A DNA stretch of 64,000 nucleotides from a candidate division FCPU426 bacterium (GCA_963738405.1 CAVTWJ010000014.1:64001-128000), one strand, 5' to 3'; numbered from the stretch's first letter, positions 39,945 to 50,445 are shown. Numbers and translations: made by a program. Notes: generated by a model from the sequence alone, not told the origin.

Positions 39945-39987
39945 AAAACAACAGGGGAGCCGACCTTGGCCGGGCCGGCTCCCCTGC
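39945..39987 (-). terminator. Rho-independent terminator between porin and P-II genes
   Basis: caggggagccg / cggctcccctg stem followed by TTGTTTTT on the minus strand. Confidence 0.75.
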
Positions 39988-40148
39988 CCCAGAGGGAGAG
40001 AGAGTGAATGAAAACAGATTAAATATTTTCTCTCATCGCCCTCGAGCTATCTTGCTTTTTACTGTAGGAAAAGGCTCTTTCATTCTTGAAGCCTTTTCCC
40101 CCAGGCCCGGCGTTTCCACCGGGCATCCAGGAGAAACTTTACTAAACC

Positions 40149-41283
40149 TTAGAACGTATAGGCCACGCTGGCGGTCCCGGTTCCTTGGCTGGAAGTCGGA
40201 GAACCGACCGTGTTCGTCGCGAATGCCATATCAGAAGCACCGTTATAGCTGGCGATATCGATCCGGCCTTCCAAACGGGCAATCATGTTCGGGGTAAAGT
40301 CATGCTCCAGCGTCAAAGTAATTTCTTTGCCGTTATAAGCATTTCCGGAAGCATCTCCATTACCGTAAAGACCGATGGTGTTGTTGTTGGAGTCAGTCAA
40401 GGTTTCCAAACGGAGAGCTAAACTATAATCGCTCGCCATCATGTATTTGCCATACAGAGCAAATCCATAATAGCTAGATGCCGTCGCACCGGAAGGAACG
40501 GTGTTGCTTCCTAGCTGAGAATCCAAAGCAAAGGACCAGTTGGAATCCGGTTTGTAACCGATGATCAACTCACCAGTGGCAGATGATTGGGTCGAACCAT
40601 CCACTCCGCTGAACGGTGGGCCCAATGATTCCATTTAAAATGAAATTCCATGTGGAATCAGGGGTTAGCGTCGCTTCCAACCCATAGGTTTTACCCAACA
40701 GCGAAGTTCCGGTCGTGTTATTGCCGTCCGTAACATAGCCGGTAATTCCAAAGGTTGAGGAAGGCGCATAATTCGCGCTAAAGCCCGTGTGCCAATAGGG
40801 CAAGACCCCAAACAACAGCGAATGGCTGTAGTTCATGTTCCCGGTACTCTCAATCACCTCATATCCCATCCAGGTGACGAATTTTCCGAAATTGAACGTC
40901 CATTGACCCGGGTTGTAGGAAACATAGGCCTGTAACACATCAATTCCCGGAGCAGCTCCAATCGCCAACGAGGTTTCCTCGCCATAAGCTAAAACCAAAT
41001 GACCGCTGGCGGCACCTTGAGTGGCCGTCGCCTTTATTTCCGCCAACCCCAATGTGTAGGCATTGGAAGCGGAGTTGTACCAATATCCGTTGGTTGAATT
41101 AACGGTCGGGTTGGTGAAATTGTACGAATAATAAGCATCCACCAATCCATCCACCGTCACCACCGGGGTCGGCACCGGCGTAGGCGTAGCCGAAGCGGCC
41201 GCCGTCTGCGCCAAAACTGGAGCCACCGCGCTCGAGAGCGCGATCGAGGCCAATAAACTGAACAGCTTTTTGAACTTACTCAT
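40149..41283 (-). pseudogene. Outer-membrane beta-barrel porin, split by a frameshift near 40615
   Basis: GLVDAYYSYNF, QAYVSY, GKFVTWMGYE and NYSHS in ORF 40570..41316 continue in ORF 40149..40634 (RLE...AYTF, terminal Phe). Confidence 0.8.
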
Positions 41284-41369
41284 CTCTTCCTCCTTGAAAT
41301 ATTTCTTCTCAAACAACGAAGGGCAACTCAGGGAAGTGCCATTCGTCCATCAACACGCACAAACGAAAA

Positions 41370-41384
41370 GCAAACAACGTGCCA
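41370..41384 (-). promoter_or_regulatory. Sigma54 promoter for the porin gene
   Basis: Minus strand TGGCACGTTGTTTGC, a consensus TGGCACG-N4-TTGC. Confidence 0.85.
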
Positions 41385-41692
41385 CATGTTTTAAACCCAA
41401 AAAGCCTTAAAATTGTATTAATTAAAGGGGTTTAGGCAATCAGGTGTATACAATTTTGTAACTTTGTACATTTTGAATTCCGAGCAACATTTCTGTTTTT
41501 GACTGAGTTTTTAAAATATTTGGGCCCAAAAGACCCGCTAAAGGTCAAAACAAACGCTTGGAAGAGTTCTTTATTTCAATAATCCTTCATACACATTAAA
41601 GGTGATGGCTTAAAACCTCAATTTATTGTGAGTATCCTGGGAATGCTATAAAGTGGAAAAAACTTTCTAAACAAAAATAATCCGAGGCCTCT

Positions 41693-42454
41693 TTGCCCGA
41701 GAATTCCATTCATCTCGTCGTCGGTACGCCCTGCTACGGAGGCCAAGTCACCAGCGGCTATTTTTCATCCGTCCTGAAACTCCAAGAGGTTTGCCAAAAG
41801 GAAGGCTTAGCCCTGACGTTTCTCATGCCGGACGGCGGGAATCTGATTCAAAAGGCAAGGCAGGAACTCGTCTCTTCCTTTTTGGATATACCGGGCGCTT
41901 CCCATCTTTTATTCATCGATTCCGATATTTCCTTCGAACCTGAACAGGTTTTTCGGCTTTTGGGCTTTAAGGCGGATGTTACCGCCGCAACCTACCCGCT
42001 CAAAAATATCAACTGGGATAAAGTCAGGGCCGCGGTTATGGCAGGAAACCAAAAGCTGGAATCCGCAGGCCTTCAATATGTCTTGGAAACGGCTCAACCT
42101 CTCCAGATTCTGGAAGGGTTTGTAAGGGCCCTATCAACCGGAACGGGCTTTTTACTGATCAAGCGTTCGGTTTTTGTCTCCATGATGGAACATTACCCCG
42201 AACTTCGTTATTCGACCGGGAAGGAAGGACAAGAAAGGGGGAACTCCGCTTTCGCCTTTTTCAATTGCCGTATCGACGGGGTGGATGGCCCCTACCTGAG
42301 TGAGGATTACAGTTTTTGCCGCCTTTGGACCCAAATGGGCGGGGAAATATGGGTGGATCTCGAAAGCCGTCTGACCCACCATGGCCCAACATCTTTCAAG
42401 GGAGATTTGGCATCCATTCTCCCCCCAACTCCCAAAGGGGGGAATGAGTCATGA
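41693..42454 (+). CDS. GT-A fold glycosyltransferase-like protein
   Basis: GTPCYGG, LFIDSDI (DxD), GTGFLLIKR, SEDYSFC. Confidence 0.78.
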   Translation: MPENSIHLVVGTPCYGGQVTSGYFSSVLKLQEVCQKEGLALTFLMPDGGNLIQKARQELVSSFLDIPGASHLLFIDSDISFEPEQVFRLLGFKADVTAATYPLKNINWDKVRAAVMAGNQKLESAGLQYVLETAQPLQILEGFVRALSTGTGFLLIKRSVFVSMMEHYPELRYSTGKEGQERGNSAFAFFNCRIDGVDGPYLSEDYSFCRLWTQMGGEIWVDLESRLTHHGPTSFKGDLASILPPTPKGGNES

Positions 42455-43143
42455 CCTCCCATATCATGATTGGGACGCCCTGCATGAACGGGCAGGTTTC
42501 CAGCCGATACGCGCGATCAGTACTGAATTTTCAAAAAAACTGCGCCAGCCTCAGTGATGTTCGTTTGGCGTTGGTCGCCCATTGGGGAGATTCCTTAACC
42601 ACCAGGGCCCGACAGGGCTTGGTGACCCAGTTTCTGGGCCATCCCACTGCCACCCATCTTTTATTTATCGACGGCCATATCGGGTTTAATCCTGAACAAG
42701 TACTGAGGCTTTTAAAATTTGACGCCGATATCACCGCCGCCGCCATACCACGCCAAGACATTGAACCAAGGAACCGCGCGGAAGAAATCTCCCTTCCCGG
42801 CTCTTCCCAGTTCCATTTCGAGCCTGAAGAAACTCATCCCTTGGGAAAGAATGGTTTCGTGAAAGCCCGTTGTGTCAGTTCAGGCTTCATGCTCCTCAAG
42901 CGTGCGGCCTTGCAAACCATGGTTGAGAAATATAAGGACTTGAGATATAGAAGCGAGTTCAAAACAACTCCCGAAGACCCCCGGTATTGGAGTTACGCCC
43001 TCTTTAATTGTTTTATTGAGGAAAAAACAAAAACGTTTTTAAACGCCGATGAAAGCTTTTGCTCCCGTTGGATCTCCCTAGGCTGTGAGATTTGGGTGGA
43101 TTTGGAAAACGGACAAAAGGGCCTTGGACCAATCGTTTCTTGA
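42451..43143 (+). CDS. Paralogous GT-A-like protein with degenerate motifs
   Basis: GTPCMNG, LFIDGHI, SSGFMLLKR, NADESFC; ATGA overlap with the upstream gene. Confidence 0.75.
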   Translation: MTSHIMIGTPCMNGQVSSRYARSVLNFQKNCASLSDVRLALVAHWGDSLTTRARQGLVTQFLGHPTATHLLFIDGHIGFNPEQVLRLLKFDADITAAAIPRQDIEPRNRAEEISLPGSSQFHFEPEETHPLGKNGFVKARCVSSGFMLLKRAALQTMVEKYKDLRYRSEFKTTPEDPRYWSYALFNCFIEEKTKTFLNADESFCSRWISLGCEIWVDLENGQKGLGPIVS

Positions 43144-43303
43144 ATATATCTTTACAGTTCTTTCGGCAGCGCCCCGGCACTAGCCTTCCCTTCCTAAAAG
43201 TCTTGAAAACCATGTCTTATCAATTGTTTTCGTTGAAACCTTTTTTTCATCCCTTCCGTCCAACTTGATGTAGTGGGTCTTTTTAAAAACCAGGAGGAGA
43301 GCA

Positions 43304-43720
43304 ATGAACAAGTCACTCGTCGTATTAAGCGCGTTGTTTCTGTTGGGCACCACGGGTCTTGGCCTGGCCCAGGATGCCGGCGGAAAAAATCCGAAGATGA
43401 GCCCGAAGGCCCGTTTGAAACGGCAGCACCGGCGCATCAAAGAGGGCGTGAAGGATGGGACCATTACCCCGGCCGAGCACAAGCAATTGGCCCAAGAGGG
43501 TAAGGATATCAACCAGGAACGCAAAGCGGACCTAGCCAAGGACGGCGGGAAGTTGACCGACGCGGACCGCCAAAACCTGGAATCCCAGGAAAATCTCCGC
43601 TCCAAGGAGATCAACCAGGATAAGCATCCCGATGGCGGCAGCACGGGTTCCACCGGAAGCACCGGGTCCACCAGTGGTTCGACTGGTTCTTCGACCGGCT
43701 CCACCAGCACCGGAAATTAA
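43304..43720 (+). CDS. Secreted helical-repeat protein with a Gly/Ser/Thr tail
   Basis: Signal peptide; RIKEGVKDGTITPAE and DGGKLTDADR repeats; GGAG RBS. Confidence 0.8.
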   Translation: MNKSLVVLSALFLLGTTGLGLAQDAGGKNPKMSPKARLKRQHRRIKEGVKDGTITPAEHKQLAQEGKDINQERKADLAKDGGKLTDADRQNLESQENLRSKEINQDKHPDGGSTGSTGSTGSTSGSTGSSTGSTSTGN

Positions 43721-43743
43721 GTCTAAAAAAAACAGGTTTATAT

Positions 43744-43784
43744 AAAAAGGACATTTCCCGCGTGGGAAACGTCCTTTTTATTTT
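43744..43784. terminator. Bidirectional terminator
   Basis: aaaaaggacatttccc / gggaaacgtccttttt. Confidence 0.8.
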
Positions 43785-43823
43785 CGCAAGTCCTCCCCGC
43801 TTTTCAGACGGGTCAAATCTTCT

Positions 43824-44132
43824 TTAAGCGTATTTTCCGGCGTGGGTCCCTTTCGGAGGAACCGGATGCGGCCTCTTGACGAGCACGCCCTGCCCCCTCG
43901 CGCCTGCCCCAAAATCACCCACACCGTTCAACTGGCAGAATTCCCTTTCGCTGAACTGCAGGTATTCCCAATCCCGGCTGGCCGAGCCCCGATGGCCGCA
44001 AGTCACACAGCAATAGTCGAACTCTACCTGTTGCTTGCCTTTTACCTTACGCTCCAAGACACGGCAGTCCGTCATTCGTACATGTTCCTGGCATTCGCTA
44101 CAAAAGATGGATTCGGGGTATTTGGTTTTCAT
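43824..44132 (-). CDS. Small zinc-finger-like hypothetical protein
   Basis: CSEC...CVTCG; ATGA-coupled to the upstream gene. Confidence 0.6.
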   Translation of the reverse strand: MKTKYPESIFCSECQEHVRMTDCRVLERKVKGKQQVEFDYCCVTCGHRGSASRDWEYLQFSEREFCQLNGVGDFGAGARGQGVLVKRPHPVPPKGTHAGKYA

Positions 44133-44431
44133 TGGATGGCTCCTAAAGGGATCTTTTCAATAACAGGGGCGGTAACGGCCCATCGCTTGAGCGCATAAAC
44201 TTGGTTCGCCAGTTGGAGGGCCAGGAACCGTGGAAACTGCATCTCGATCATTTTCACCCGCACCGTCTCATGCATCTTTTCAACGGTCATCTGCAAATCG
44301 GTAAAGGCTCCCAATTGGTAACAGCGCCGGCAATAGGAATCCGATATGACGCCGTTTCTTTCCCTGCCCTTCTCCGCGTCCTTGCGCAGAGGAGAACCAC
44401 AGCTTTGGCAAACCGTCTTAACGACTCTCAT
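44129..44431 (-). CDS. Putative zinc-ribbon protein (Zn_ribbon_2-like)
   Basis: CQSCGSPL...YCRRCY..G.F...LKRW. Confidence 0.85.
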   Translation of the reverse strand: MRVVKTVCQSCGSPLRKDAEKGRERNGVISDSYCRRCYQLGAFTDLQMTVEKMHETVRVKMIEMQFPRFLALQLANQVYALKRWAVTAPVIEKIPLGAIQ

Positions 44432-44461
44432 AATATCCCCATTTTCTCTGGTAAAACTCGT

Positions 44462-44682
44462 CGGGCTTACAGGCCCGGTCGAAACCTTGTGTCTTGCGTT
44501 TTTGCGTCATCGGGTTTACTCGAGGCGAGGGGTTCTAGTGGAATCAAAACAGCTCGTGGCGAATAGGCCTTCTACCACTATAGGGCTTATCGCCGTGAAA
44601 AGCAGGGTTATCTCCGAAATGATGAAAAACCTGCTAAAAGAGCCCGTTCCTGGTTCAGCCGACCCCATACCTGGTAGGCCCG
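44462..44682 (+). ncRNA. Candidate unannotated structured ncRNA (~220 nt)
   Basis: 5' and 3' ends pair, with multiple nested stems and a possible loop-loop contact; G-U pairs favour the + strand. Confidence 0.6.
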
Positions 44683-44930
44683 TCAATTTAGGCCCACGAA
44701 ATCATATCTATTCGTCCCCAACCTCCCTACCATGTGCCCTCATCATTCAACAACGGTTCTGCCGTTGATCCAAGTTTGGAGGCTTCAATTGACTAAGAAA
44801 AAAGGTCCGAAAAAGGCCAAAACTTTGTTTTCAGTGGCGAGAATCGCGAGAAAAAAAACCAGGCATTTGAAAACTACCGCGCCAACCGAAACCGCCCCAA
44901 AGTCATAAGCAAAAAAATCGAGTCTAAAAT

Positions 44931-44966
44931 AAAAAAGGCCGGGGATCATGTGATCCCCGGCCTTTA
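44931..44966 (-). terminator. Terminator after the OM protein gene
   Basis: aaaggccggggatca / tgatccccggccttt stem plus T tract. Confidence 0.85.
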
Positions 44967-44981
44967 AAGTTTAAAACCTTC

Positions 44982-46256
44982 TTAGAACTTATACTTCAAG
45001 TCCGCCTCGCCGACCGTCAACATGTTCCCCGCAGTGAACAAGCCCTGGCCGGGATTGACGTTGTTGATCGCGTTATCCAAGGAACTCACGTTGACCTTAA
45101 GGTCTAAAGTGAGATTCTCGAAGTTGATGCCGGCGCCTGTGGAAAAGGCAACGGTGTCGATGTTTTGATTGTTGAAATAGAAGTTTCCGTTGCCCGGTAT
45201 AAAAATGGCTCCCCAATCGCGGGCAAAAAGCGGAAACTCCACCCCCGTCCTTAAGGTCAACCAGTCGGATACTTCCGCCTCGGCCCCAAGATTCCAGAGA
45301 GCGTCCCAGGAGTCTTGAACTTGACCATTCGTAATATCCAATTCCTTGGCTCCGTAATAATCCAAGATCAAACCGCTGGTAAGGGTGGCCTTGCCGTCAA
45401 ACACCGTCTGGTTAAAGGCCGCGCCCAAATCGATGTTTTTCTGTTCGTAATCAAGTTCGATCGGCGCAAACCAGAATACCCATTTGTATTCATCAAATTT
45501 GACATCGCCGAACAAGCGAAGATTTGTATCCTTGGCCACGGTGTAATCCATTAAAGTCCCGAGTCTCAAGGACTGCACCCCTTGGTTTTCAACCGCGGGG
45601 ATCGTACCCAAAAAATACGGGTAACGGTCCGATGTGAAAAAGTTCACATCATAGTCCACGTGGAAATTGGCTTGCTTGAAGCCGGCCCAATCCGTCAAAC
45701 CGGCGCCGAGAGAAAAACCCCAGTTTTCGGATTGAATGTTATTTCCGAAAGGTCCGCCGCCAATGTTGGTGAGGAAATCCTCGTCGTAGGTTATACGGCC
45801 GCCCAAATTCACATCGCCAAATTTATTGGCGTAAAAGGCGTCAATCGCGTTATTGGTGGTACCGGGACCAAAGATAGGGGTAGATCCGAAAAAGTAACTG
45901 CCCAGTGAGGACCAATAGGAGGTCATCAAGGGGAGGGGTGTGATAAAGAGGTTCATCGCGTCGTTGTATTGAACCTTGGGCCGGTTTACATAAACACCCC
46001 AAACGCCCAAATTGTCGCTCATGCCGACAATGGCTCCGCCCCACTCACTGGTGCCGCCGCCCGTCAGGTTACCCAACCTGAAATCAACTGTGTTTTTGTA
46101 ATCCATCACCATGTTGGGATAGATCCAAATCAAGTCGATATCATTGATTTCCCGCACATCCATCGACATCGAATCCACGCGGGTATCGGCCAGGGCCTTC
46201 AGGGAAAAGCCCCAAACCATCAACCCCATCATCAAAAACAAGAAACCTTTCTTCAT
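44982..46256 (-). CDS. Outer-membrane beta-barrel protein
   Basis: Signal peptide MKKGFLF...ALA, amphipathic strands, C-terminal LKYKF. Confidence 0.82.
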   Translation of the reverse strand: MKKGFLFLMMGLMVWGFSLKALADTRVDSMSMDVREINDIDLIWIYPNMVMDYKNTVDFRLGNLTGGGTSEWGGAIVGMSDNLGVWGVYVNRPKVQYNDAMNLFITPLPLMTSYWSSLGSYFFGSTPIFGPGTTNNAIDAFYANKFGDVNLGGRITYDEDFLTNIGGGPFGNNIQSENWGFSLGAGLTDWAGFKQANFHVDYDVNFFTSDRYPYFLGTIPAVENQGVQSLRLGTLMDYTVAKDTNLRLFGDVKFDEYKWVFWFAPIELDYEQKNIDLGAAFNQTVFDGKATLTSGLILDYYGAKELDITNGQVQDSWDALWNLGAEAEVSDWLTLRTGVEFPLFARDWGAIFIPGNGNFYFNNQNIDTVAFSTGAGINFENLTLDLKVNVSSLDNAINNVNPGQGLFTAGNMLTVGEADLKYKF

Positions 46257-46555
46257 TCTCTCTCTCCTTGAACTTGAGTAAGGCCGACATTTCTCAGGAA
46301 AATGCCGTTCCTTAAAACCAAATCTCTCCAAAACTTTCAAACGGCCGGCCCTTGGGGCCAAACCATTGGCCAAAATCGTTGTACTATCCATAAACCCGGC
46401 TGGTATTAACTCTTTCCAAATACCCCCTACCAGCTGTGGGTTCCAAACGGCAGATATCATATCCAAAAAAAGGAGTGTAGTTAAACGAAAAACGATCTTT
46501 TAGCCCCTTTTTTGGGCAAAAGCACAACTTTATTGTCATTTTTAAGAGTTTTAAC

Positions 46556-47005
46556 TTAGTAAGTCTTCTGAAGTTCGATCAAAACCTTGGTTATCGTGGT
46601 TACGATCTCTTCGGGCTTTCCCCCAGCCGGATCGATGGTGCAAAGAGGGGTCAACCCCGCCGGGGAAAGAACGGCGATGTTGTAGCGGCTCCCCGCCCCC
46701 AAATCACTGAAATATTCAGGAATAGCGTCATCCTTCATGAAAAGCCCAAAGTAATAACTGTGAAGCAGTTCCCGAAGCTTGGCGTTCTTGGGCATTTCCT
46801 CCAAAACAGCCTTCAAGAAAGGCCAAACCAGGCCATCCGTGTTTGCGACAAAAAGCAGGACTGGGCGACCCTTCTCTTGAATCAGTTTAGCGGTCTCATC
46901 ACTCCATCCCCGCCAAAGGATGCCATCCTTGGGATATTGGTAGTCCTCGACGAACTTTGGGGGCTTGGAGCCAAAAAGCCTTTTAAAAAAATCCATGAAC
47001 GGCAT
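46556..47005 (-). CDS. Hypothetical protein, thioredoxin-like fold without CxxC
   Basis: ILWRGWSDE...RPVLLFV resembles the DUF255 N-terminus. Confidence 0.6.
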   Translation of the reverse strand: MPFMDFFKRLFGSKPPKFVEDYQYPKDGILWRGWSDETAKLIQEKGRPVLLFVANTDGLVWPFLKAVLEEMPKNAKLRELLHSYYFGLFMKDDAIPEYFSDLGAGSRYNIAVLSPAGLTPLCTIDPAGGKPEEIVTTITKVLIELQKTY

Positions 47006-47091
47006 AAGACCCCTTTAAGGAACTGCTTCTACAGCCACCCTATCAAAGTGAGTTTTCTCAAATAGGGAACTTCATATTCATAAGGTCTTCG

Positions 47092-47289
47092 TCAATAACG
47101 AAGCTTCCCTCTTCTCTCAACTACCACACCTTGAAGGATAAAATCCTTTTTGGGATGGTCCGATTCACTGAGCGCTTTAAAGGTTTCCTTACTCATCACA
47201 ATCCCAATTCCGTTGAGACGCCATTTTTGAAGCTTGGACTCAGCCTTCAAAAGATCATCCAACAGCTCCTTGGCCAATTTTTTGGTCAT
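47092..47289 (-). CDS. Small hypothetical protein
   Basis: Open frame with plausible composition; no family recognised. Confidence 0.4.
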   Translation of the reverse strand: MTKKLAKELLDDLLKAESKLQKWRLNGIGIVMSKETFKALSESDHPKKDFILQGVVVERRGKLRY

Positions 47290-47437
47290 TTCCACGGCGC
47301 ACCCCCATAAATTTGTGACTTTAAAGCCATTCTCCCTTACATTGAAGCCCCTACAACCGCAAATCACATGATAAACCGTGGTAATATTAAACCCTAATGT
47401 CAGGCCCGTTGCCTATTTTAAATTTTAATAGGATCTC

Positions 47438-50278
47438 ATGAACCTCCGATTCCAACTCAACGCCCTGATACTCCTGGTATTGTCTTTCTTTTGGCTCTCA
47501 GGTTTCGGACCCTTTTCTTCTAAGACGGCTTCCACAGGCAACCACCCTAAAAGCTTCCCGCCAGCTGCCTACCGCCCCGTCCACCTGGCCGAAAACTTTG
47601 GAAATCTTCCCCTGGCCTTCGAACCCAATCAGGGCCAAACCGACTCCCAGGTCAAGTTTCTGGCCCACGGAAGGGGTTATTCATTGTTTGTTACGGACCA
47701 AGAGGCTGTTTTGGTCTTAAAAAAATCCTCTTTGGCTCCCTCAAATCGGTTTTTGGCAAAGGGAACGAAAAATTACCCCTCCCCTTCGGTTACCTCAGGC
47801 CCTTCCACCCTCACGGTCATCCGAATGAAGGTTGAAGGCGCCCAATCCGGCAACCTATATGAAGGAATGGAAAAACTTCCCGGTATCAGCAATTATTTTG
47901 TCGGTAAGGACCCGTCCAAGTGGCGCAAGGGCATTCCCCAATACGGCCGGGTGCAAACCGCAGAGGTTTACCCGGGGGTGGACCTGGCCTATTACGGCAA
48001 TCAGGGCCAATTGGAATACGACTTTACGGTCAAGCCAGGGGCTAATCCAAAAGCGGTGCGGTTGTCTTTTACGGGCTCCAAGTCGGTGAAGGTCACTCCC
48101 CAGGGGGATTTGGAACTTGAAACCAGCCAAGGCACCCTCCATTTCCGGGCGCCTTCGGTTTACCAAGGGTCCAAAGAATCCAAAACTCCGGTGGAAGGCC
48201 GATATCTGCTTGGGGAAGACGGAAAAATAGGCTTTGAGGTCAAAAATTACGACCGCACTCAAAATCTTGTCATCGATCCGGTGCTGGATTACTCATCCTT
48301 TTTGGGAGGTACAGGAAAAGATTTAGCCTCCGCCATCGCCTTGGATTCGTCGGGCGACGCCTACACCACCGGCTATACGCAATCGGGCGATTTCCCCGTG
48401 ACCAACGCGGGCGACCCCTTTTTCGGGGGCACTCAAAACGCCTTCGTGGCCGAGATGAACCCCGCTGGGACAGCCTTCCTCTATGTCACCTACCTGGGCG
48501 GAACCGGCACGGATTCCGGCACCGGCATCGCGGTGGATTCTTCCGGGGACGCCTTTATCACCGGCACCACCAACTCGGCCAACTTCCCCATTACCGGAAA
48601 CGCCTATCAACTCGCCGACTCCGACCCCTATGGCACCGTCTTCGTGACCGAGCTGGGTCCCGGCGGAAGCTCTCTTATCTATTCCACCTTCCTGGGGGGA
48701 ACGGGCAACGGGGGTTATGGTTTGGGTGATTATTCTGGGGGCATCGCACTGGACGCTTCCGGAGATATCTACCTTTGCGGCAGCACCGCCTCCGCCGACT
48801 TTCCCCTCCAAAGCCCCTACCAAGGCGCCATCGGGGTCGGGGCGGCGCTGAACATCTTCGTCACCAAAATGAACCCGTCGGGTTCGGCCCTGCTTTTTTC
48901 CACGTACCTGGGGGGCAGTTATTACGACGCGGGTTACGGCCTCGCGCTGGATTCCGGGGGAGACGCCTATGTGACGGGGTTTACCTATTCCCCCAATTTC
49001 CCGCTCATGAACCCCGCGCAATACAATTTCGGCGGTTCGGGAGGCTTCACGCTCTACAGTACCCAAAACGCCGTCGCCGCGGAATTCAACTCCACCGGCT
49101 CCACGCTGGTCTATTCCACCTTCCTGGGCGGTTCCAACGTGGATAGGGGCTATGGGATCGCGGCGGATGGTTTGGGGGACACCTATGTGACGGGCCAAAC
49201 CTCCTCCCCCACCTTTCCCACCCAAAACGCCTATCAGGGCACGCTTAGCAACTCGATCAACAACGTCTTTGTGAGCGAAATCCAGCCCGGAGGCGGGGCT
49301 TTTGTTTATTCCACCTTCCTGGGCGGAAGCGGAAACGGAAGCCTGGGGGATTCGGGGTCGGCCATCGCGGTGGACAGCCAGGGATACGCCTATGTGACGG
49401 GTTACACCGCCTCCCCGGACTTTCCCCAGGTCAACAGCCTCCAAACCGACTTAAACGGAAACGGAACCGCCTTCATCGCCCAGTTCAATCCCCAGGGCGC
49501 GGGCCTTCAATACTCGACCTTCCTGGGGGGCAATACCTTCGAGCAGGGCACGGGCATCGCGGTGGACAATTTCGGCAACGCCTATGTCGCGGGTTATACC
49601 TGGTCCCCGGATTTTCCAACGACGGTCACCCCTCCTTATAATGTTCTTGCGGGGCAAGACGATACTTTTATCGCCAAGATTTCCCAGCCCCTCCCCCCTA
49701 CGGCCACCCCCACCTTTACGGTGACCGACACACCGACGGTCACACCCACCTTTACGGAAACCCTAACTTTCACCGACACTCCCACCTCAACCCCTACCTT
49801 CACGCCGACCCTTACGGATACCCTTACCCCTACCTTTACCCCCAGCTTTACCCCAACCGTTACTCCCACCAACACCCCAACCCAAACCCCCACAGTCACT
49901 ATGACCAACACTTCCACGCTGACCGCGACCATTACCTTCACACCCACCATTACCAGCACCGCCACCACCACCCCCACGCCGGTGGTCCTCACCGTCTCCA
50001 TCGGCGCGCCCTACCCCAACCCGGTTACCGGCAAGGGGCCGATCTTGATTCCCATCCAGTCGCCCGGCGGTTCCACCGTGCAAATCACCGTCTTCACCCT
50101 TGCCTTTAGGAAAATTTACGAAAAGAGCTACCCCATCCCCGGCCAAGAGGGACTCTTTCCCTGGAACCTGGTGGATGGCTACGGAAGGCCCCTCTCCAAC
50201 GGGCTTTATTATGTAAGGGTGCAGGTCTTAGGGCCGGTGAACGCCACGGCGATTAAGAAGATCCTCGTCATTCGATAA
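47438..50278 (+). CDS. Secreted SBBP beta-propeller protein with a Pro/Thr linker and a T9SS/FlgD-like C-terminal domain
   Basis: FEPNQGQ N-domain, repeated YSTFLGG...IAVD..G.AYVTG.T.S..FP, (TPT)n, PYPNP...NGLYYV...KKILVIR. Confidence 0.9.
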   Translation: MNLRFQLNALILLVLSFFWLSGFGPFSSKTASTGNHPKSFPPAAYRPVHLAENFGNLPLAFEPNQGQTDSQVKFLAHGRGYSLFVTDQEAVLVLKKSSLAPSNRFLAKGTKNYPSPSVTSGPSTLTVIRMKVEGAQSGNLYEGMEKLPGISNYFVGKDPSKWRKGIPQYGRVQTAEVYPGVDLAYYGNQGQLEYDFTVKPGANPKAVRLSFTGSKSVKVTPQGDLELETSQGTLHFRAPSVYQGSKESKTPVEGRYLLGEDGKIGFEVKNYDRTQNLVIDPVLDYSSFLGGTGKDLASAIALDSSGDAYTTGYTQSGDFPVTNAGDPFFGGTQNAFVAEMNPAGTAFLYVTYLGGTGTDSGTGIAVDSSGDAFITGTTNSANFPITGNAYQLADSDPYGTVFVTELGPGGSSLIYSTFLGGTGNGGYGLGDYSGGIALDASGDIYLCGSTASADFPLQSPYQGAIGVGAALNIFVTKMNPSGSALLFSTYLGGSYYDAGYGLALDSGGDAYVTGFTYSPNFPLMNPAQYNFGGSGGFTLYSTQNAVAAEFNSTGSTLVYSTFLGGSNVDRGYGIAADGLGDTYVTGQTSSPTFPTQNAYQGTLSNSINNVFVSEIQPGGGAFVYSTFLGGSGNGSLGDSGSAIAVDSQGYAYVTGYTASPDFPQVNSLQTDLNGNGTAFIAQFNPQGAGLQYSTFLGGNTFEQGTGIAVDNFGNAYVAGYTWSPDFPTTVTPPYNVLAGQDDTFIAKISQPLPPTATPTFTVTDTPTVTPTFTETLTFTDTPTSTPTFTPTLTDTLTPTFTPSFTPTVTPTNTPTQTPTVTMTNTSTLTATITFTPTITSTATTTPTPVVLTVSIGAPYPNPVTGKGPILIPIQSPGGSTVQITVFTLAFRKIYEKSYPIPGQEGLFPWNLVDGYGRPLSNGLYYVRVQVLGPVNATAIKKILVIR

Positions 50279-50445
50279 AACATCAGTACCAAGCTTCCCT
50301 ACCAATGAATTTCAACCTATTCCATTTTAAAATAACGGAATTACCCTGGCGGAGTCCCAAGCTACGAAATAAAACGGTCAAAACCCATTAGCCACATATC
50401 CCATTCATCCCATGCATCTGTGGCTAAAGAACATTAACTCTAAAA

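Noticed and set aside
43180..43710. 176-aa minus-strand ORF
   Set aside because: Antisense to the 43304-43720 gene, which has an RBS, signal peptide and terminator
44462..44500. tmRNA 5' end (aaggtttcgac on the minus strand)
   Set aside because: No GGGG 5' end, T-arm/CCA end or tag frame found
44346..44768. 140-aa + strand ORF over the structured RNA
   Set aside because: Overlaps a real minus-strand gene, has no recognisable motif, and base-pairing explains the region better
49690..49985. DNA tandem repeat
   Set aside because: It encodes the Thr/Pro linker; degenerate codons show a protein-level repeat
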